A stretch of 64,000 nt of DNA from positions 13,268,001 through 13,332,000 of the forward strand of contig NC_043003.1 of NCBI RefSeq assembly GCF_006345805.1, in the 5' to 3' direction. The notes beneath the pieces were generated by a model, which saw only the letters and a program-made list of their open reading frames with translations, was not told the origin of the DNA and made no database searches. The stretch's first letter is position 1, and every line of letters begins with the position of its first letter. The stretch is from Octopus sinensis (Eukaryota). Shown here one piece after another: positions 41,801 to 56,493 of this stretch. The position numbers and the translations under genes were made by a program.

Positions 41801-43286
41801 CTCTTAAATGTCAGTTTCGACCTCCTCCTGGCTTGCGAAAGTTATGTCCCCCAAATGATTCTGTAAACTACGAAACAAATGGTAGTCTGAAGGAGCAAGG
41901 TCAGGAGAATAAGGTGGATTGGGAATTTTTTCCCAACCAAGCTCTTCGATCTTCTGTGATGTGATCTTTGCAGTGTGGGGTCATGCATTGTCAGCTCTAA
42001 TTGCTGACAGTAGACTTGAGCATTGATTGTTGCATTAGGTGGTAACAATTTAAAGTGAATTACTCCTTTACAATCAGATAGAGAGAAGAACCGTTTTCCC
42101 ATGAAGTTCCCTTCTTGGTTGTAGATGAATTTTTTCCCTTTTACCAAGCCACTATTTACGACATTTAACATTTCGATAGAAGATCCATTTTTCATCACCA
42201 GTTACAAGTCTATCCAAAAAGGGTGAAATGAGTTCATGAGAATGGAGAGAAGAGCACATGCCAACTTGAGATTTGCTTTCTGACAATTCATAAGGCACCC
42301 ATTTTCCAAGTTTAGGAACCTTTCCAAGTTGTTGAAGATGACAATGAACAGTTGTATGGTTTGAACTAAGCTTTATTGCCAATTCCTCAACTGATAATGC
42401 AGGATTTTCTTCAAGTAATGCCTCAAGGAGCTTATCAAACTCAACTGGATGTCCTGTTTGATCTTCATCTTCAAGGCTGAAATCTCCACTTCTAAATTTT
42501 GCAAACCATCTTTTGCAAGTTCTTTCATTCAAGCATTCTTTCCCATAAACTGAGTGTATGTTTCGAGTCGCTTCAGCTGCAGAGTTTCCTTTTTTGTACT
42601 CATAAAGAATTCAAATGCTCTTTGGATACTTCCATGTTAGAAAGGAAGACATTTTAATTCTATTATTCTGTAAAATAATATTTAATTAGTTTAAATGTAC
42701 ACAAATGCATAAAAATAATTTTTAATTTCATTAGACATTCTAAAATACTTTTAAATTTCATTCAATTTTAAAAAAGGTAAAATCGGACGGGACTTATGGG
42801 ATGACCTGATCTTTCAAACTGAAGAAGTGCTGACTAATAATCTTGTTTTTATTTCCATTTCAGTAGATGCTAACTCATCTGTCATCATCATCATCATTAT
42901 TATTATTATTATCATCGTCATCATTATCCTCACCCTTATCATCATCATCATCATCATCACCGTCATCATCATCATTATCATTATTGTCATCATTTTCATC
43001 ATGATCATTGTCATAGTCTATGACAGTGTTACAGCATTGCTGTCATCATATTGTTGTCGTCATCGTCATCATCATCGTTGTCATCAATCATCAGTATTGT
43101 CCCATCATCGTTGTCATCATCATCATACTCATCATCGTCATCGTTGGCCTCATCATCATCGTTGTCATCATTGTCATTGTTGTCATCATCATCGTTGTCA
43201 TCATCATCGTCATCGTTGTCATCATCATCGTCATCGTTGTCATCATCATCATCGTCATCATCACCATATCATTATTGTCATTAGCG

Positions 43287-43321
<35 letters not shown>

Positions 43322-45103
43322 TCCCTTGTTGTCATTGTCATCATCATTTTCATTGTCACCATCATCACTATCAGCAACAGCAGTCTGTTTTTTTATAGGC
43401 TTGCATGCAAGTGGTGCAACACTGCATTGTAATATTTGCATTTAAGTCGTATGCATGTGTGTGTGTGTGTGTGTGTGTGTGTACAGTGCTATACATCAGT
43501 GGTTCCCAAAGTGGGTGGCACTGCCCCACCCCTGTGGGCGGCAGAAACATTAAGCAAGACGTTGAAGAAAAGTGGGGCAATAATGGGGTGGCCAATGTAG
43601 GGGAGGGCAGGGATGTAACCCCCCCCTATACACACACACACACTTCCCTACCCACCCACTCCCAAAAAAGCAATGGATTAATTAGGTCAAGTTTTATTTG
43701 TGAAATACAGTTGTTTTGAATTTTCTACAGAAAGTGGTCTACATTTGTGGTGCTGAGTGGTGGGGGAGGGGCGATGGGAATGTGGCTCAAGTGTCAAGGA
43801 GGGCGGCAGCCCGAAAAACTTTGGGAACCACTGCTATACATCATCCTCAGGGAAAAAAAAAACAGAAAAAGAAAAAGAAAACAAATAAAAAGCAATTACC
43901 ATAAATCCTCGAGTATAGTCCGCCCTTGAGTATAATACGCAGGGGATTTTTAGAGGGCTGTACCTCTGAAAAACCTAAACCTTGTGTATAATACGCACCC
44001 CTTCACTAACTTAGGAGGTCTATATAACGTCCTTGGTTTGTAAAAATGTATACAGTAATGTCCTTTATTATTATTGTATATATAACATAATGCAAACGTG
44101 TAGCTTTTTTGTGCATTTTGTTTGCAGAAAAAAAAAGAAATAACAGTAATAACGTTTAATAAATGTTTAATAAATGTTGCTTACTGCAAGTTATGGATGA
44201 TTCTTTTATGACTTCATTGCTTTCTGGCTTAGCTTAAGGTATTTTCGCACCCGACATCACAAAATGCGTCTGAATAAACATTGCCGGACAACAAATAGAG
44301 ACTCAGACATTGCTCAGAAAATATTTTTCATTTTTAACCTCGTATATAGTACGCACAAGGGATTTTGACCTTTAAATTTTGGGGGGAAAATGCGGATTAT
44401 ACTCGAGGATTTACGGTAGTCAAATGTTGTTGCTTCTGCATCATATGAAGAACAATGTTTTATGTTTCAGGACATTATCTTCTTCTGAACAACTCACAGA
44501 GCACCACTAACAGAACAGCCAGGTTTATCAGCACTGACATTCATATCACAAGACCTATCTGCATCACATTTTGGTATTACATGAGAATTACCAACTTTGG
44601 TCAGTTGAATGTCTATGTTCATAACAATGGCGAGAAGAAGCCACCCATATGGACAAGATCTGGAACACAGGGCTACTATTGGCTGCATGCTTCTATCGAT
44701 GTTGCGAACCCAGAAAAATCAAACAAGGTAAGTCTAACCCTAAAGTATGTAAACTGGCCGTATCTGGACCAAATATTCTACCTGTTTTATGGTCTTACTG
44801 ACCAGATCTGGCCTCTCACACCTATCCAACAATGTCATTCTAAAAATAAGTACTCATACCATCGGAAACATGGAGATATAAAACAATGCATGATTAGTTC
44901 AAAACAATGTGAATAAATTGGCACAGGTGTGGCTTTGTGGTAAGAAGTTTACTTCCCAACCGAATGGTTCCAGGTTCAGTCCCACTGCATGGCACCTTGG
45001 ACAAGTGTCTTTTACTAAAGTTTTGGGCCAACCGAAGCCTTGTGAGTGGATTTGGTAGACAGAAACTGAAAGAAGATTAATCTTGTATATATATGTATAT
45101 ATG

Positions 45104-45189
<86 letters not shown>

Positions 45190-46124
45190 AATATATATAT
45201 ATTTTTGTATATACATTATTTACATTTGACGGATATTTATCCTCATCTTGTTTGTTGTTAAGCTGATATACCTTCCAGCCTTCATCAGATGTCTTGAGGA
45301 AATTTCGACCCCAGGACTTATTCTTTGTAAGCCTAGTACTTATTCTATCGGTCTCTTTTGCCAAACCACTAAGTTACGAGGGCCGTAAACACACTACTAT
45401 TGGTTGTCAAACGATGTTGGGGAGGGGGACAAACACAGACACACATACACACATATATATATACATATACATATATATACAACAGGCTTCTTTCAGTTTC
45501 CGTCTAACAGATCCACTCACAAGGCTTTGATCAACCCGAGGCTATAGTAGAAGACACTTACCCAAGGTGCCATGCAGTGGGACTGAACCCGGAACCATGT
45601 GGTTGGTAAGCAAGCTACTTACCACACAGCCACTCCTGCATCTATACAATGTCATTCATACATACAATTCAAACATATAATGCTATTCTGAAAATAAACA
45701 GCCATATCATTGAAATTTCAAAGCAACAAGATAATTAGTGCCATGCAAAAAAGCACTGGTGCTACTGCACATAAAAACCACTGGTGCTGGTGCCACATAA
45801 AAGGCACTGGTGATGGGGTCGCATAAAAAAAATCACTGGCAATGGTGCCACAAAGAAAGCACCCAGTTTATTCTGTAAAATGGTTGGCGTTAAGAAGGTC
45901 ATCCACTAAGGCAAAAAAACAGACTACGGAACTTGGTTCAGATCCTGGCCTTGCCAGCTCGTGTTAAGCCATCCAACTCATGCCAGCATGGAAAACGGAC
46001 GTTAAATGGTGGTTACAGTGGTGGTGGTGGTGGTGGTGGTGGCAGCGGTGGTGCTGGTAGTGGTGGTGCTGGTGCTGGTGCTGGTGGGGGTGTGGCTGTA
46101 GCATAGTGGTGGTGCTGGTGGTCT

Positions 46125-46157
<33 letters not shown>

Positions 46158-49100
46158 GGAGGAGGAGGAGGAGGAGGAGGAGGATTCAAAACAGTGGGAA
46201 TAAAATAAGCCTTACATTTGACAGAGTAATCTGAATGCTAAAGCGTTAATATGAAGCTCTTATTGATCAATAGTTTTGAATGTTTTTCTCTAATAAATTG
46301 CTGTTGTTGTTGTTTCCACAGGTTTACTTTGAAGCTATTCGTAACCATGGTTACTATGGCATTGCATTGGATGACATCAAAATACTGATTGGCAGCTGCC
46401 CTGAAATAAGTATGTCTTTTATTATTGATTAATAACAAGTTTTTGTCTGTCTGTCTGTCTGTCCATCCATCTTCACCACTATTACTATTTGACTACTACT
46501 CCTGACAGGGTAATCGGAGCAAGATCCTCAGGCACCTCCTCCGTAGGGTTCGGTTAGAAGCACCCATCATTAGCCTGTCTTGCTGGATTCCCAAGCATGA
46601 CCAACTGAGACAGGGTGTGTAAACTCAGGGATCAGGGAGTGTCTCTGGGTCTAGTTGCTACTTTTCTGCATTAAGAGTTTACAACTCTGAGGAGTAAAGC
46701 AAAGTTACCTTCTCAAGTCACATCAACTCATAAAGGCCAGTTTTTTGGTTTCCATGGCATATAAATTATCCACCTGGATGGGACACTGGTCCATTTCAGG
46801 ATTACGCATTTTTGCCAGCTGAGTGGACTGGAGTGATGCAAAATGAAGTGTTTTGCTCAAGAATGCAATGCGTCGCCCAGTCCAGGAATCGAAACCACAA
46901 TCTTATAATCATGAGTTTAACACTCTAAGCCAGTGGTTTTCAACCAGAGTTCCGTGGAACCTTAGGGTTCCGCCAGTACAGTCCAGGAGTTCCGCAAGAA
47001 GTTCCAAAACTGCTAAAATTGGCAGTAATTTTTAAGTCTCCTGCGCAGATATGTGTGCATAAGACTATTAAATTATTGCACAGGGGTTCCTCGAGCCAGT
47101 GGAATGTTTCCTTGGGGTTCCGCTCCAGCAAAAAGTTTGAAAAGCACTGCTCTAACCACTAAGCCAAGCATCTCCACAAAAGGTAAAGTTACCTTCTCAA
47201 GTCATGCCGACTCACAATGGCTGGCTCCTGGTTTCATGGCATATATATTCCCCACCTGAACAGGACACTGGTCTGTCACAGAATTACTCATTTTTTCCAG
47301 GTGAGTGGACTGGAGCAATTTGAAATGAAGTGTTTTGTTCAAGAACACAATGTGTCACCCAGTCCAGGAATTGAAACCACAATCTTATGATCATGAGTCC
47401 GATACCCTAACCACTGAGTCACATGCCTCCACTCCAGCTCTGAGACTGCAGACATGATTAGAACATCGGAGAAAAGAATCAGAAAACTGATTCTTCAAGC
47501 TGAGCCAACTGGCAGAAGACCAAGTTTTATCTGATGTAAAATATCATATTTACATTGGTACAGGCATGGCTGTGGGATTAAGAAGTCTGCTTCTCTATCA
47601 TGTGGCTTAGGGTTCAGTTTCACTGTGGGGCACCTTGGGCAAAGTACCTTATACTAATAACTCAAAGCTGGTTAAAGTCTCGTGAATGGATTTGATAAAT
47701 GAAAGCCCATCAATATAATTATAACTATAGCCATATTTGGTCTACCAAGTTCATAATTACTGCTCCATAACAAGGGCACCAGTTATTGTTTTGTGCTCTG
47801 GTCATTCAGAATTTACAAGAAACCAAAAAAAAAACACATTGTCTATTGTAGCAAATTCATGAAAATAGAAATTGCTATTGATTTAATACATGCTTTACTA
47901 ATGTATTAAAATGCTGAAGTCAACTTTGCCTTTCATCCTTTCGGGGGTCAATCCAATTGACTGGCCCCCTCCCCAAAAATGGGCCTTGTGCCTAGAGTAG
48001 AAAAGAATATATTAAAATGCTTGAAGTTTGTCAGAATATCATTCTTTTATGTAGCAATTGCTCCTGTGCAAAATTGTTATTTTGAATTAATACTTATCTA
48101 AATATATTAATTTCGTTTTTGTATTTGGTTTGCAAGATTCTTTATGTGAATTCGTGTGTTGAAGCATATTTTACTGTCTGGGGAGAGTCATTCTCTTTTG
48201 GTGCTTCATCAATTTAACACACTCAACAGTCTGATTTCCACTCATTTACTTATTTATTTTCCCTAAGATTTGCAAGACGCAACAAAAATTTTAGTAAAAA
48301 TAAATAAGAAAATGAGTGGAAATCAGACCGGTGAGTAGTGGCAGACTGGGTCTAAAAATATTGGTTGCCAGGAGACTAAGGGGGTCCACCTGCAACTACA
48401 AGGGGGTCAGCCTGCAAATACAATGCTATAATTTAATTTTTCTTTTTGTTAAAAGTATTCTTTACAATTGTCTACAAACATAGCCAGGCTGAAATAATTA
48501 ATACATTCTTCCAGGAGTGAATAAAAACTTTTCAAACTTGAGGGGATGGGCCTCTTAGATACTAACATGGGCCCCTAATTATGGATTCTAATGACGCAGG
48601 GGCCCACTTGCCATTGGGCAAGCTGGCAACCTGGCTAGTCCGCCACTGCCAGTGAGTGTGTTAAATTAATAAGGCACTAAAAGAGAATGACTCTCCCCAG
48701 ACACAATAAGTATATTAAGTCACCAACAAAATAAAAAGACACTGGTTTCCCAAGTTATTTTCGTCCTTATAGCTCAAAAAATTGCCAATGGTATTATTAA
48801 GAATGTGCAATCAATATAAAATTTTCTGCTAATTTGACCCACTGCAGTGAAAACAGAATGCTGTAAATCAATATTGTTGGTGAAAATTCTTTGACATAAG
48901 CTCTATCAGTTTTTACCTTTTTTTCAAGAATATTATTTGTATTCTCTTTCTTTCATAGTTTAGTATGGAAACATACTAAACAATATGTTTCCATACTAAA
49001 CTATGTATGCTGTTGTTATTAGTATTAACATGGTGAAGACAGCAAGCTGGTAGAATCATTAGCACAGCGGACAAAAATACTTGGTGGTGTTTCATCCGTC

Positions 49101-49290
49101 TTTACATACCGAGTTCAAATTCCACCAAGGTTGACTTACCTTTCATTTTTTTTCAGGGTTGAGGAAATACGTACCAGTTGAGTACTGGGATCAATGTAAT
49201 CAACCAGCCCTCTCCCTACTAATTTTCAAGCTTTGTGCTTATAATAGAAAGGATTACTAATAATAATAATAGTAATTATAATAATAATAG

Positions 49291-49321
<31 letters not shown>

Positions 49322-52300
49322 GTGTGTGTGTGAGAGAGAGAGAGAGAGCAGTACATGCTATCAAAGTGACACTGGGGTAAAATATACAAAGCCCAGTATA
49401 CCCATCATGATTACCCGTCTGATAAGGGTAGACTAGGCACATGCATCACAACCATATATGCACGGCATGGTGATCTCATATCAAGATAAACAGCGCATGA
49501 CCTTGCAGGTGGGGCCCAGTTAGAATTTTCTTCTGGTCGAGTAGCCCATCCCTCCCAAAAGATCCCTGAATAAGGCTTGTTTAAGGATGTTGAACGAAAC
49601 ACCCATGTTTCCAAAGGTGAATTATCCAAACCCTGAAAGGATGAAAGGTAAAGTCAACCTCAGCAGAATTTGAACTCAGAACGTAGCAGCAGATGAAATA
49701 CTGATAAATATTTCACCCAGCATTGTTTACGATTCTGCCAGCTTGTCACCTTAATAATAATAGTAATAATGATAAATAACAATAATAATAATAATAATAA
49801 TGATAATAATAATAATAATCTTTTCTACTCAAGACCTGAAATTTGGGGGGAGGGGCCATTCAATTAGATCGACTCCAGTATGCAACTGGTACTCAATTTA
49901 TCAACCCTAAAAGGCAAAGTCAACCTTGGTGGAATTTGAACTCAGAATGTAGCAGTAGATGAAATACCACTAAGCATTTCACTTGGCATGCTAACGATTC
50001 TGCTAGCTTACTACTTTAATAAAAATAATAATAATAATTATAATTCTTTCTGTATATACTTGTACTAAACAAGGCGGTGAGCTGGCAGAGTCGTTAGCAC
50101 GCCGGGCGAAATGCTTAATGATAGTTCACCTGCCGCTACGTTCTGAGTTCAAATTCCGCCGAGGTCAACTTTGCTTTTTATCCTTTTGGAGTCGATTAAA
50201 TAAGTACCAGTTATGCACTAGGGTCAATATAATCAACTTAATCCGTTTGTCTGTTCTTGTTTGTCTTCTCTGTGTTTAGCCCCTTGTGGGTAGTAAAGAA
50301 ATAAGTATTTCGTATGCAGCTATGTTCTGAGTTCAAATTCCGCCGAGGTCGACTTTGCCTTTCATCCTTTCAGGGTTGATTAAATAAGTACCAGTTATGC
50401 ACTAGGGTCGATATAATCGACTTAATCCGTTTGTCTGTCCTTGTTTGTCCTCTCTGTGTTTAGCCCCTTGTGGGTAATAAAGAAATAGGTATAATTGTAC
50501 AAAAAATTATCTTCTCTTTGATATTTTTGCTTAACATAAATTTACCACATTACTAATCTTACCAGGAGAAAAAAAATGTCTGTTTTCAAAACCCTATGAA
50601 GTAATCCCTATCTAAAACAAGGCAGTGCACCCACTATAAAAATGTTTGTTCAGAAGTCTGTGCATAAACAAAAATTACTCTGTTTTTTTTTGTTTTTTTT
50701 TTCTTTCAGATGAATGTGACTTTGAAGAGGTTGATATATGTGGCTTTGAACAAGGTACAACTGATAAATTCAACTGGACAAGAGGTTCTCACTCAACAGC
50801 TCGTCGTAGTGGACCACAAAGTGACCATACATACAAGTCATTTTATGGTGATTATCTGAGTTTACTATTTTGCTCTTTTCTGTTCAACTTTATTTCATAA
50901 ATGAAGTTTTTGTTGATTATTTATTGAATTAATCCTATAAGAAACTTTAGTTAATATTTATTAGAAAGTTATTTTTCAAAGCAATATGTAAACTAAACTC
51001 ATGTAAAGCCCATGGTTTCCTAAGATCAGTTAGAACTCTGTGAATAACAGAAATGAAGAACTGCCATCGAGAACAGTGTAGAGGCTGCTAAGAAAGTATC
51101 TAGATGGCTCTGGTTGAAAAGAAGTGACCAGCAGGGTCAGTAGAACGCCACTTGGACACAGGTCTGAACTTGGTCAACCTAGGTTGGGTTACCTGAATAA
51201 GTGTGTCTATATTTATTGCCATATATATTGTAAGCTGGGGTAAATTACTGCTATGCCTAGCAGATGAGTATCCATCATCGAGGATGATCAAAATAAGATT
51301 GAAATCATGTGATGTGGTGGTCTCTGAGCTAGAATAGTGGTGAGTTCTCTCCCTGCTTGCAATATATATCGAGTGTGAAGTGCACTTGATAGCCAGTTGG
51401 AGGAGATGTCCTCCCGAGGTTAAAATAGCAGTATCATCTGTTCTTATAGAACACCATGTGGTGATAAACATCATTACATCTCGGTATAAATACTGCTTTC
51501 ATCTCTAATAGAGATTTTCTTAACAAGCTAGTTTGCTGTATCTATTGGAAAACTGGAAACAACCAGTGACTCCAGGATACAAGTCTTATGATGTGTCCAG
51601 ATATTGCAGCTCTTCAACTGGAAGAACACAGCTGAGTAATAAATTTTAACAATTCTATATTCTATCATAATCCATTGATGCCAGGATTAGTGCTAAGATG
51701 GTCAGCACCCTTGGTAAATCCTATATCATCTGACCCCCTTCTCCCAGCCCTATAATATGTTCTCCCCTCTCTTAATTCTACAATGAATGCTGCTTCTTGT
51801 AGTTCTACAATGAGCAACCCAATTTTTCTAGCCCTATAATGGATTAACCATTAAGCAAAATAAGCAGATACACACAGCATCAAGGAAAGTTGGGCATCAC
51901 AGAAATGGTAAATAGTTTATGACACAAAATGAAATCATTTTAAGCTTGCTAAACTGATATTCAAAGTGGTTTATATGATCAGAAATGTAATTTCAAAGTG
52001 TTCATAGTGAGAATCTAATCAAAGACTTTGCAATTTTGAAAGCTGTAAAAATTTATCAAATACAAATAAAGTGGAAGTATACAAAATTAAACATTATTTT
52101 CCATCTTACTGTTAGTTTTGTTTCATTTTGAAACACAAAAATTTATTTTATGGTTTATCATTGTTTATACTTTGAATTACATATACAAGGGGACACCAAA
52201 ATTTTTCAAGTGCTTAGGGTCTCTTGGGTCTCAATCCAACCCTGTGTACAATATACACTTCATCGCCTAACCCTTCAACAAACACTCCCTTTTCCTAGCC

Positions 52301-52606
52301 CAACAACATATATCTCCTTTTCTCATCCCTACATTGTACACACCCTTTGACAGTCGTTTTCTGTGCATTCTTCTAGCTACTACCTGCTATAAAATACAGA
52401 TGAAAAGTTATGATTAACTTGTATACAAGAAATCTATAGTTTTATTATCAGTATGGGGGAGTATGGACGCAATTAACATTGGATAAGATGAGCCTCCATC
52501 ATCAGGATAGAGATCTTAAATTTCACATCTTAGTGCAAAAATAAAAAGTGAGTTTTCGCTTTGTGGGTGGTCTCTGGGAGCAGATTTGCTCATGTATATA
52601 TATATA

Positions 52607-52658
<52 letters not shown>

Positions 52659-52780
52659 ATATATATATATATATATGTATATATAGTAAGTACTTTTACA
52701 GACGAGTGCCCCATGTATGTATGTTTGAACTCAGAACATAATATATACTTATGTGTGTATGTATATGTGTGTGTGTGTGT

Positions 52781-52815
<35 letters not shown>

Positions 52816-55800
52816 AGACACATGGCCTAGTGGTTAGAGCAGTGGACTCGCAGTCGATGGATCGCGGGTTCGAATCTCAGACTGGGCGATGCGTATGTTT
52901 ATGAGCGAAACACCTAAGCTCCACACGGCTCTGGCAGAAGGTAATGGCAAACTTCTGCTGACTCTATCGCCACAACATTCTCTCACGCTTTCCTCCTGCA
53001 TCTTGCAGCTCACCTGCGACGGACCGACGTCCCGTCCAGGTGGAGAATCTATACGCCAAGGAAACCGGAAAACCGGCCCTTATGAGCCAGGCATGGCTCG
53101 AGAAGGAACAAAAAAATCTTAATGCAGAGGAGTTCAAAGATAAATTTAACTAAATCTACCAACATTATTATGGATCACTATACTGTGATGAACTAAATCT
53201 AGTTTTATTATCATATACATCGTCATATAATTTTGCTATCTGACAAAATTTTTATTCTTTCACACCAAATCATGTGACAGGTCATAGCACCATATGACCT
53301 TCTCGTCTTCCACACCATGCCCCTCACTAATCTTGTCCTCCATCTTCCCCTGTTCCAAATGTGACCTCTCCTTTGCTGAGGTTTCATATTTTTAAGTGAG
53401 TTAAGAAATTTTTATGTTGCCCAGAAAATTGTTCGGCACTCTCTGAGTAATTAGCTTGATTGCTTCGAGGGTAACACTGACCCTAATTGATGCATGGCTG
53501 TGTGGTTAAGAAGCTTGCTTTGCATCCATGTCATTTCAGGTCCAATCCCTTGGGCAACTGTCTTCCACTACAGTCCCAGACCAAATAATGCCTTGTGACT
53601 GAATTTGGTAGACAGAAACTGTGTGGAAGTACGTTGTAAATATGTGTGTGTATATATGTGTGTACATATCTGTGTGTCTTCGTATCTGTCTGTCCTTCCC
53701 ATCACCACTTGGTAACCTGTGTTGGTTTGTTTATGTCCCTCTAACTTAGAGTAAAAGCCCCCTCTGGTCATGAATGACCATGGGATCGCACCTAGAGAGT
53801 TACCCTCTTGGGCACAAGTCCAGGCAAGGTTGTTTTATAGAAAACCAACTGTCGCACATGTAGACCAGCCTCCCCTCTTCACGCCACCAATTTTATCCAA
53901 GGGAAAGGCAAAGGGGCCGATACAGTTTGGCTCCAGTGACATTGCAACTCATTTCTACAGCTGAGTGAATTGGAGCAATGAGAAATAAAGTGTCTTGCTC
54001 AAGAACAAAACTCACAGCTCAGTCTGGGAATTGAACTCACTACCTCATGATTGTGAGCCCAATGCTCTAACCACTAAACCATGCACCTTCTTGGCAAATA
54101 CAATTTCCACAGTTTATTGTATTGTATCACCTAGATGTGTTCGATGCAACCAATGAGATCCACATAGACGTGTTCAGATGTTTCTAATAAAACTTTATTT
54201 GTTTGCCTATGCTTTCCAATAAACTCTGCTGAGTTACCATTATTTTTCATTTTCCCTTGAATTCTTCAAATTCAGTGGCACGTAAAAAGCACCCACTACA
54301 CTCAGAGAGTGGTTGGCGTTAGGAAGGGGCATCCAGCTGTAGAAGCACTGCCAGATCAGATTGGAACCTGGTGCAGCCTCCTGGCTTCCCAGACCCCGGT
54401 CGAACCATCCAACCGATGCTAGCATGGAAAACAGACATTAAACAACAACGACGATGATGATAATGATGATGATGATGATGATGATTAAGTAGTAGTAGTA
54501 GTAGTAGTAGTAGCAGTAGGTAGTAAAGACAATTTACGGACATGCACTATTTATTTTTCTCAATTATTTTTCTCAATTTCAGGCCATTATATGTACCTTA
54601 ATACGGAAAAGCATACAAAAGATGACCATGCTCACTTATACACACCACAATATCCAGCAACCCAAACAGAGCGTTGCTTATCATTTTGGTACTACATGGA
54701 TGGAACATATGAGGATAAAATAAATGTCTATTTGTACCAAAATAACAAAATAACAACTAAACTTTGGTTTATTCAGACCAGTCAAGGACCTCATTGGCGT
54801 TTAGCTACAGTTTCAATCAATTCCCAGACACCATTCCAGGTAAGCGTTACAAAACATTTCAAACTGCATATTAGAAGTTTCTTAATCCCTAGCTTAGTTG
54901 GTTGGAGGGGGAGACAGTTCGTCCCAGGCAACACTTTTAAAGGGGCAGCATTTTTAAAGGGGCAGCACTTTTAAAGGGGCAGCACTTTTAAAGGGGTAGC
55001 ACTTTTAAAGGGGTAGCATTTTTAAAGGGGCAGCACTTTTAAAGGGGTAGCATTTTTAAAGGGGCTGCACTTTTAAAGGGGCAGCACTTTTAAAGGGGCA
55101 GCACTTTTAAAGGGGCAGCACTTTTAAAAGAGCAGCATTTTTAAAGGGGCAGCACTTTTAATGGGGCAGCACTTTTAAAGGAGCAGCATTTTTAAAGGGG
55201 CAGCACTTTTAAATGGGCAGCACTTTTAAAGGGGCAGCATTTTTAAAAGGGCAGCACTTTTAAAGGGGCAGCGCTTTTAATTGGGCAGCACTTTTAATGG
55301 GGCAGCACTTTTAAAAGGGCAGCAATTTTAAAGGAGCAGCACTTTTAATCTTCTTGTAGGTTATTGCTGTAGGTAATATGTGTTTTTTTGTGGGGTCAGG
55401 GGGCAGCAAATGGAAGGGTCACCCTGGGCGGCATAAACTCTAAGTATGCTAGTGTTGTTAACTTTACCATTTTGCTTTTAAACTGGCCATATCAGGCCAA
55501 AATGTTCTACCCATTTTATGAGCAAACTGGCCATAACTGGCCTCTCACACCTACCCTACAATGTCATTGTAAGAATAAACAATCACATCATCAAAATCTC
55601 AAAGCCACAAGATAAGTCATGATTAATTCAAAACAATGTCAACAGATAAGCATTACATTTGTCTGAGTAATATGAACACTAAAGGGTTAACACTGGTTTC
55701 AAATGTTAGCACAAGGCCAGCAATTTCGAGAGAGGTGGTCAGATGTTTGCAGCAGGGTTGACTTTGCTTTTCATCCTTTTAGAGTCAATAGAATAAAGAA

Positions 55801-56460
55801 TCAGTCAAGCACTGAGATTGATGTAAATGAGACTGCCCCTCCCCTCAAAATGTCAGGCCTTGTGCCAAGATTAGAAAGGTTGTTGCTGTTGTCATTGCTA
55901 TTGCTGTCATTATTGTTTAACCCCAGGTCAACTTTGATACAGCATACTTCTGATCAAAGGCATTCCAGGCATGAACATCATGTTTTGGGGAATACTTTAT
56001 TTACTGCATGCTGTGCTTATATAAGCTGGTAAGGTGTGATTTAAGGAAGATATGGCTGTTATTTTTAGAAAATCAAGCCAAATGCTTCCTTCTTGATTTT
56101 GATGGTTGTCATAAGCAGTCACCAACCAGAGTTTCCTTGCAATAAAGACTTGTATTGGAACCTACATGTATCTCAGTTACAACATGCATGATTGAGTGGA
56201 GCTTATTTTCAATTCCTGAGGTCAGTTTGTTTGGCTTAACCCTTCAAAGTGGAACCCCACCATGACCAAAGTCCAGTAACAAAAACAAATGAAAACAAAA
56301 TTATGGCTGTGTGGTAAGAAGCTTGCTTCCCAACCACATGGTTCCGGGTTCAGTCCCACTGCATGGCACCTTGGGCAAGTCTCTTCTACTCTAGCCTTGA
56401 GCTAACTAAAGCCTTGTGAATGGATTTGGAAGATAGAAACTGAAAGAAGCCCATCATATT

Positions 56461-56493
<33 letters not shown>

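Noticed and set aside
41621-42809. SETMAR-like domesticated gene
   Set aside because: No SET domain; TIRs are present and the transposase is broken by frameshifts.
51100-51474. 124-aa minus-strand ORF
   Set aside because: No recognisable motif, and part of it is a diverged piece of the 57.6-kb palindrome family.
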